A DNA stretch of 64,000 nucleotides from the NCBI GenBank assembly GCA_016198125.1, contig JACQJG010000009.1, positions 5,104 through 69,103 on the forward strand. Direction: 5' to 3'. This DNA comes from Candidatus Iainarchaeum sp. (GTDB lineage Archaea > Iainarchaeota > Iainarchaeia > Iainarchaeales > VGJJ01). Shown here one piece after another: positions 62,735-64,000 of this stretch. A program made the translations under genes and the position numbers. The notes beneath the pieces were generated by a model. It ran no database searches. It was not told the origin of the DNA and saw nothing but the letters and a program-made list of their open reading frames with translations. The number at the start of each line of letters is the position of its first letter. Position 1 is the first letter of the stretch.

Positions 62735-64000
62735 ATGAAAGTACTGTTAATGACCACCAACGTGCGTCCGCAACTCAAAATCAGCGAAATGCCGCTCATA
62801 ACCCCGCCTTTGAACCTCATGTACGTGGGCGAGTTTTTGAGGCAAAACGGCCACGAACCCAAAATAGTGGATGCCCACGGCCACAACTACCTGATGGATG
62901 ACGTTATTCGCATTGCAAAAAAATTTGAACCTGGAATGATTTGCGCAAGCGTGTATTCCACAGACCTGCGCTTTTGCCACTCGTATTTGAAACAAGTCCG
63001 CGGCGCATTGCCTGGCGTGAAAATTGCGGTTGGCGGCATTCATTCCACAAACCTTCCTGAACAGACGCTGCACGAGTTTGAAATGATTGACTTCATTATC
63101 CGCGGCGAGGGAGAACTTACAACCAAGGAGCTTGCAGATGCCCTGGAAAAAAACAGGCCGCTTTCAGAAGTAAAAGGCATTTCGTACAGGGACGAACACG
63201 GGCACGTACGCCATAACGCAGACCAGCCCACCATCATGGATTTGGATTCCATTCCAATTCCCGGAAGGGATTTGATTGACACGCGCATTTACTATTCAAA
63301 AGTGGCCAAGCGCAATCCCATTGACACGCTTATTACAACGCGCGGCTGCCCTTTTAGGTGCAGTTTTTGCCCGCGCCTGGACAATGACTTCAGAAAGTAC
63401 CGCATGCGTTCTCCTGAAAATGTAGTGGAGGAACTCAAATTCATCATGGAAGCAGGGGCGAAGAACATTGACTTTTACGATGAAACGTTTACCCTGGACA
63501 AGGAGCGCGTGAAAAAAATATTTGAATTGGCAGACAAAGAAGGCCTGGACTTTGACTTCCGCGCGCGTACAAGAGTGAATGCAGTGGACAGAGAATTGCT
63601 TGAATTGTTTGCCCAGCACAACTGCGACACCATTGGGTATGGAATTGAATCGGGAAACCAGCGCGTGCTGGATGAAATCGGAAAAGGCATTACCCTGGAG
63701 CAGGTTAAAACAGCGGTTGCGCTCACGAAAAAAAACAACATCAATGTGCTGGGCTTTTTTGTCGTGGGCCTGAAGGGCGATACTCCTGAGTCCATTCAGG
63801 ACACCATTAACTTTGCATGCAAGCTCAACACGGAATTTGCAACGTTCAATTACGCCATGCCTTACCCTGGTTCCGAGGATTACCTGACAGCCAAAGCCAA
63901 TGGAACCCTGCAAGGAGATTGGGGCATGGACAAACCCACTCCATGGATCAAACTGCCCTGGATGAACAAGCACGGCGATGTAATCAAGTGGGCGGACAAG
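62735..64000 (+). CDS. cobalamin(B12)-binding-domain radical SAM enzyme (paralog 5), 3-prime end beyond the window
   Basis: Absent from the ORF track because no stop is reached. My translation from the ATG at 62735 is open to nt 64000: MKVLLMTTNVRPQLK...TTRGCPFRCSFCPR...YGIESGNQRVLDEIGKG... Confidence 0.85.
   Translation, partial: MKVLLMTTNVRPQLKISEMPLITPPLNLMYVGEFLRQNGHEPKIVDAHGHNYLMDDVIRIAKKFEPGMICASVYSTDLRFCHSYLKQVRGALPGVKIAVGGIHSTNLPEQTLHEFEMIDFIIRGEGELTTKELADALEKNRPLSEVKGISYRDEHGHVRHNADQPTIMDLDSIPIPGRDLIDTRIYYSKVAKRNPIDTLITTRGCPFRCSFCPRLDNDFRKYRMRSPENVVEELKFIMEAGAKNIDFYDETFTLDKERVKKIFELADKEGLDFDFRARTRVNAVDRELLELFAQHNCDTIGYGIESGNQRVLDEIGKGITLEQVKTAVALTKKNNINVLGFFVVGLKGDTPESIQDTINFACKLNTEFATFNYAMPYPGSEDYLTAKANGTLQGDWGMDKPTPWIKLPWMNKHGDVIKWADK

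Noticed and set aside
62747-63973. Minus-strand ORFs 62747..63073, 63040..63288, 63296..63973 and 63475..63795.
   Set aside because: They are antisense to a plus-strand frame that I translated as open from 62735 to the window end. That frame encodes a clear B12-binding radical SAM protein.
1-64000. A search by eye for CRISPR arrays, tRNA genes (T-loop GGTTCRAAT-type motifs), IS elements and integrases.
   Set aside because: None were found. The only TTCGAACCC-type match belongs to the 5S rRNA. A covariance-model scan (tRNAscan-SE, Rfam) would be needed to exclude small RNAs definitively.

Overview
This is an archaeal chromosome segment. Diagnostic genes are TBP, Rpo4, Spt5, SecE, FtsZ, AglB and ribosomal proteins eL42, eL21, P0 and P1, and TATA-like boxes sit 25-50 nt upstream of many starts. 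No CRISPR array, tRNA or transposase was recognised. Lineage cannot be assigned from the sequence alone; the compact overlapping genes and salvage functions suggest an uncultivated small-genome archaeon.

Layout:
- 1-18 kb is housekeeping: eL42 fragment, an SMC-family ATPase, thrC, and the conserved minus-strand block ftsZ-secE-spt5-L11-L1-P0-P1 plus ksgA-DUF655-rpo4-eL21 and tbp. Accessory genes interrupt it: an atypical SDR, a UPF0175 gene, and two RelE-like modules.
- 18-22.6 kb holds a cupredoxin-like lipoprotein, an isolated 5S rRNA gene and two predicted surface proteins (an S8 protease with four Ig-like repeats, and a decapeptide-repeat protein).
- 22.7-64 kb is one very large glycosylation region. 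It starts with aglB, followed by a GPT-family initiating transferase and a split Alg14/Alg13-type transferase.

The glycosylation region contains 4 GT2, 5 GT4, 4 SAM methyltransferases, a nucleotide-sugar dehydrogenase, two tandem ADH/Gfo-Idh-MocA bi-domain oxidoreductases, two alpha/alpha-toroid-like proteins, and flippase-like, DedA and GT-C-like membrane proteins.

Most striking leads:
- Five cobalamin-binding radical SAM genes plus one SPASM radical SAM gene lie inside the glycan cluster.
- A GTAC-centred inverted-repeat motif recurs directly upstream of the TATA boxes of several operons in that cluster.
- The SMC-type ATPase has a central CPVC zinc-hook-like motif in place of a hinge domain.
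- Two diverged copies of a RelE-like gene each overlap a convergent 46-codon gene and share an identical 19-nt promoter element.
- A queuosine-salvage gene pair (YhhQ, Qng1/DUF2419) occurs in an archaeon.
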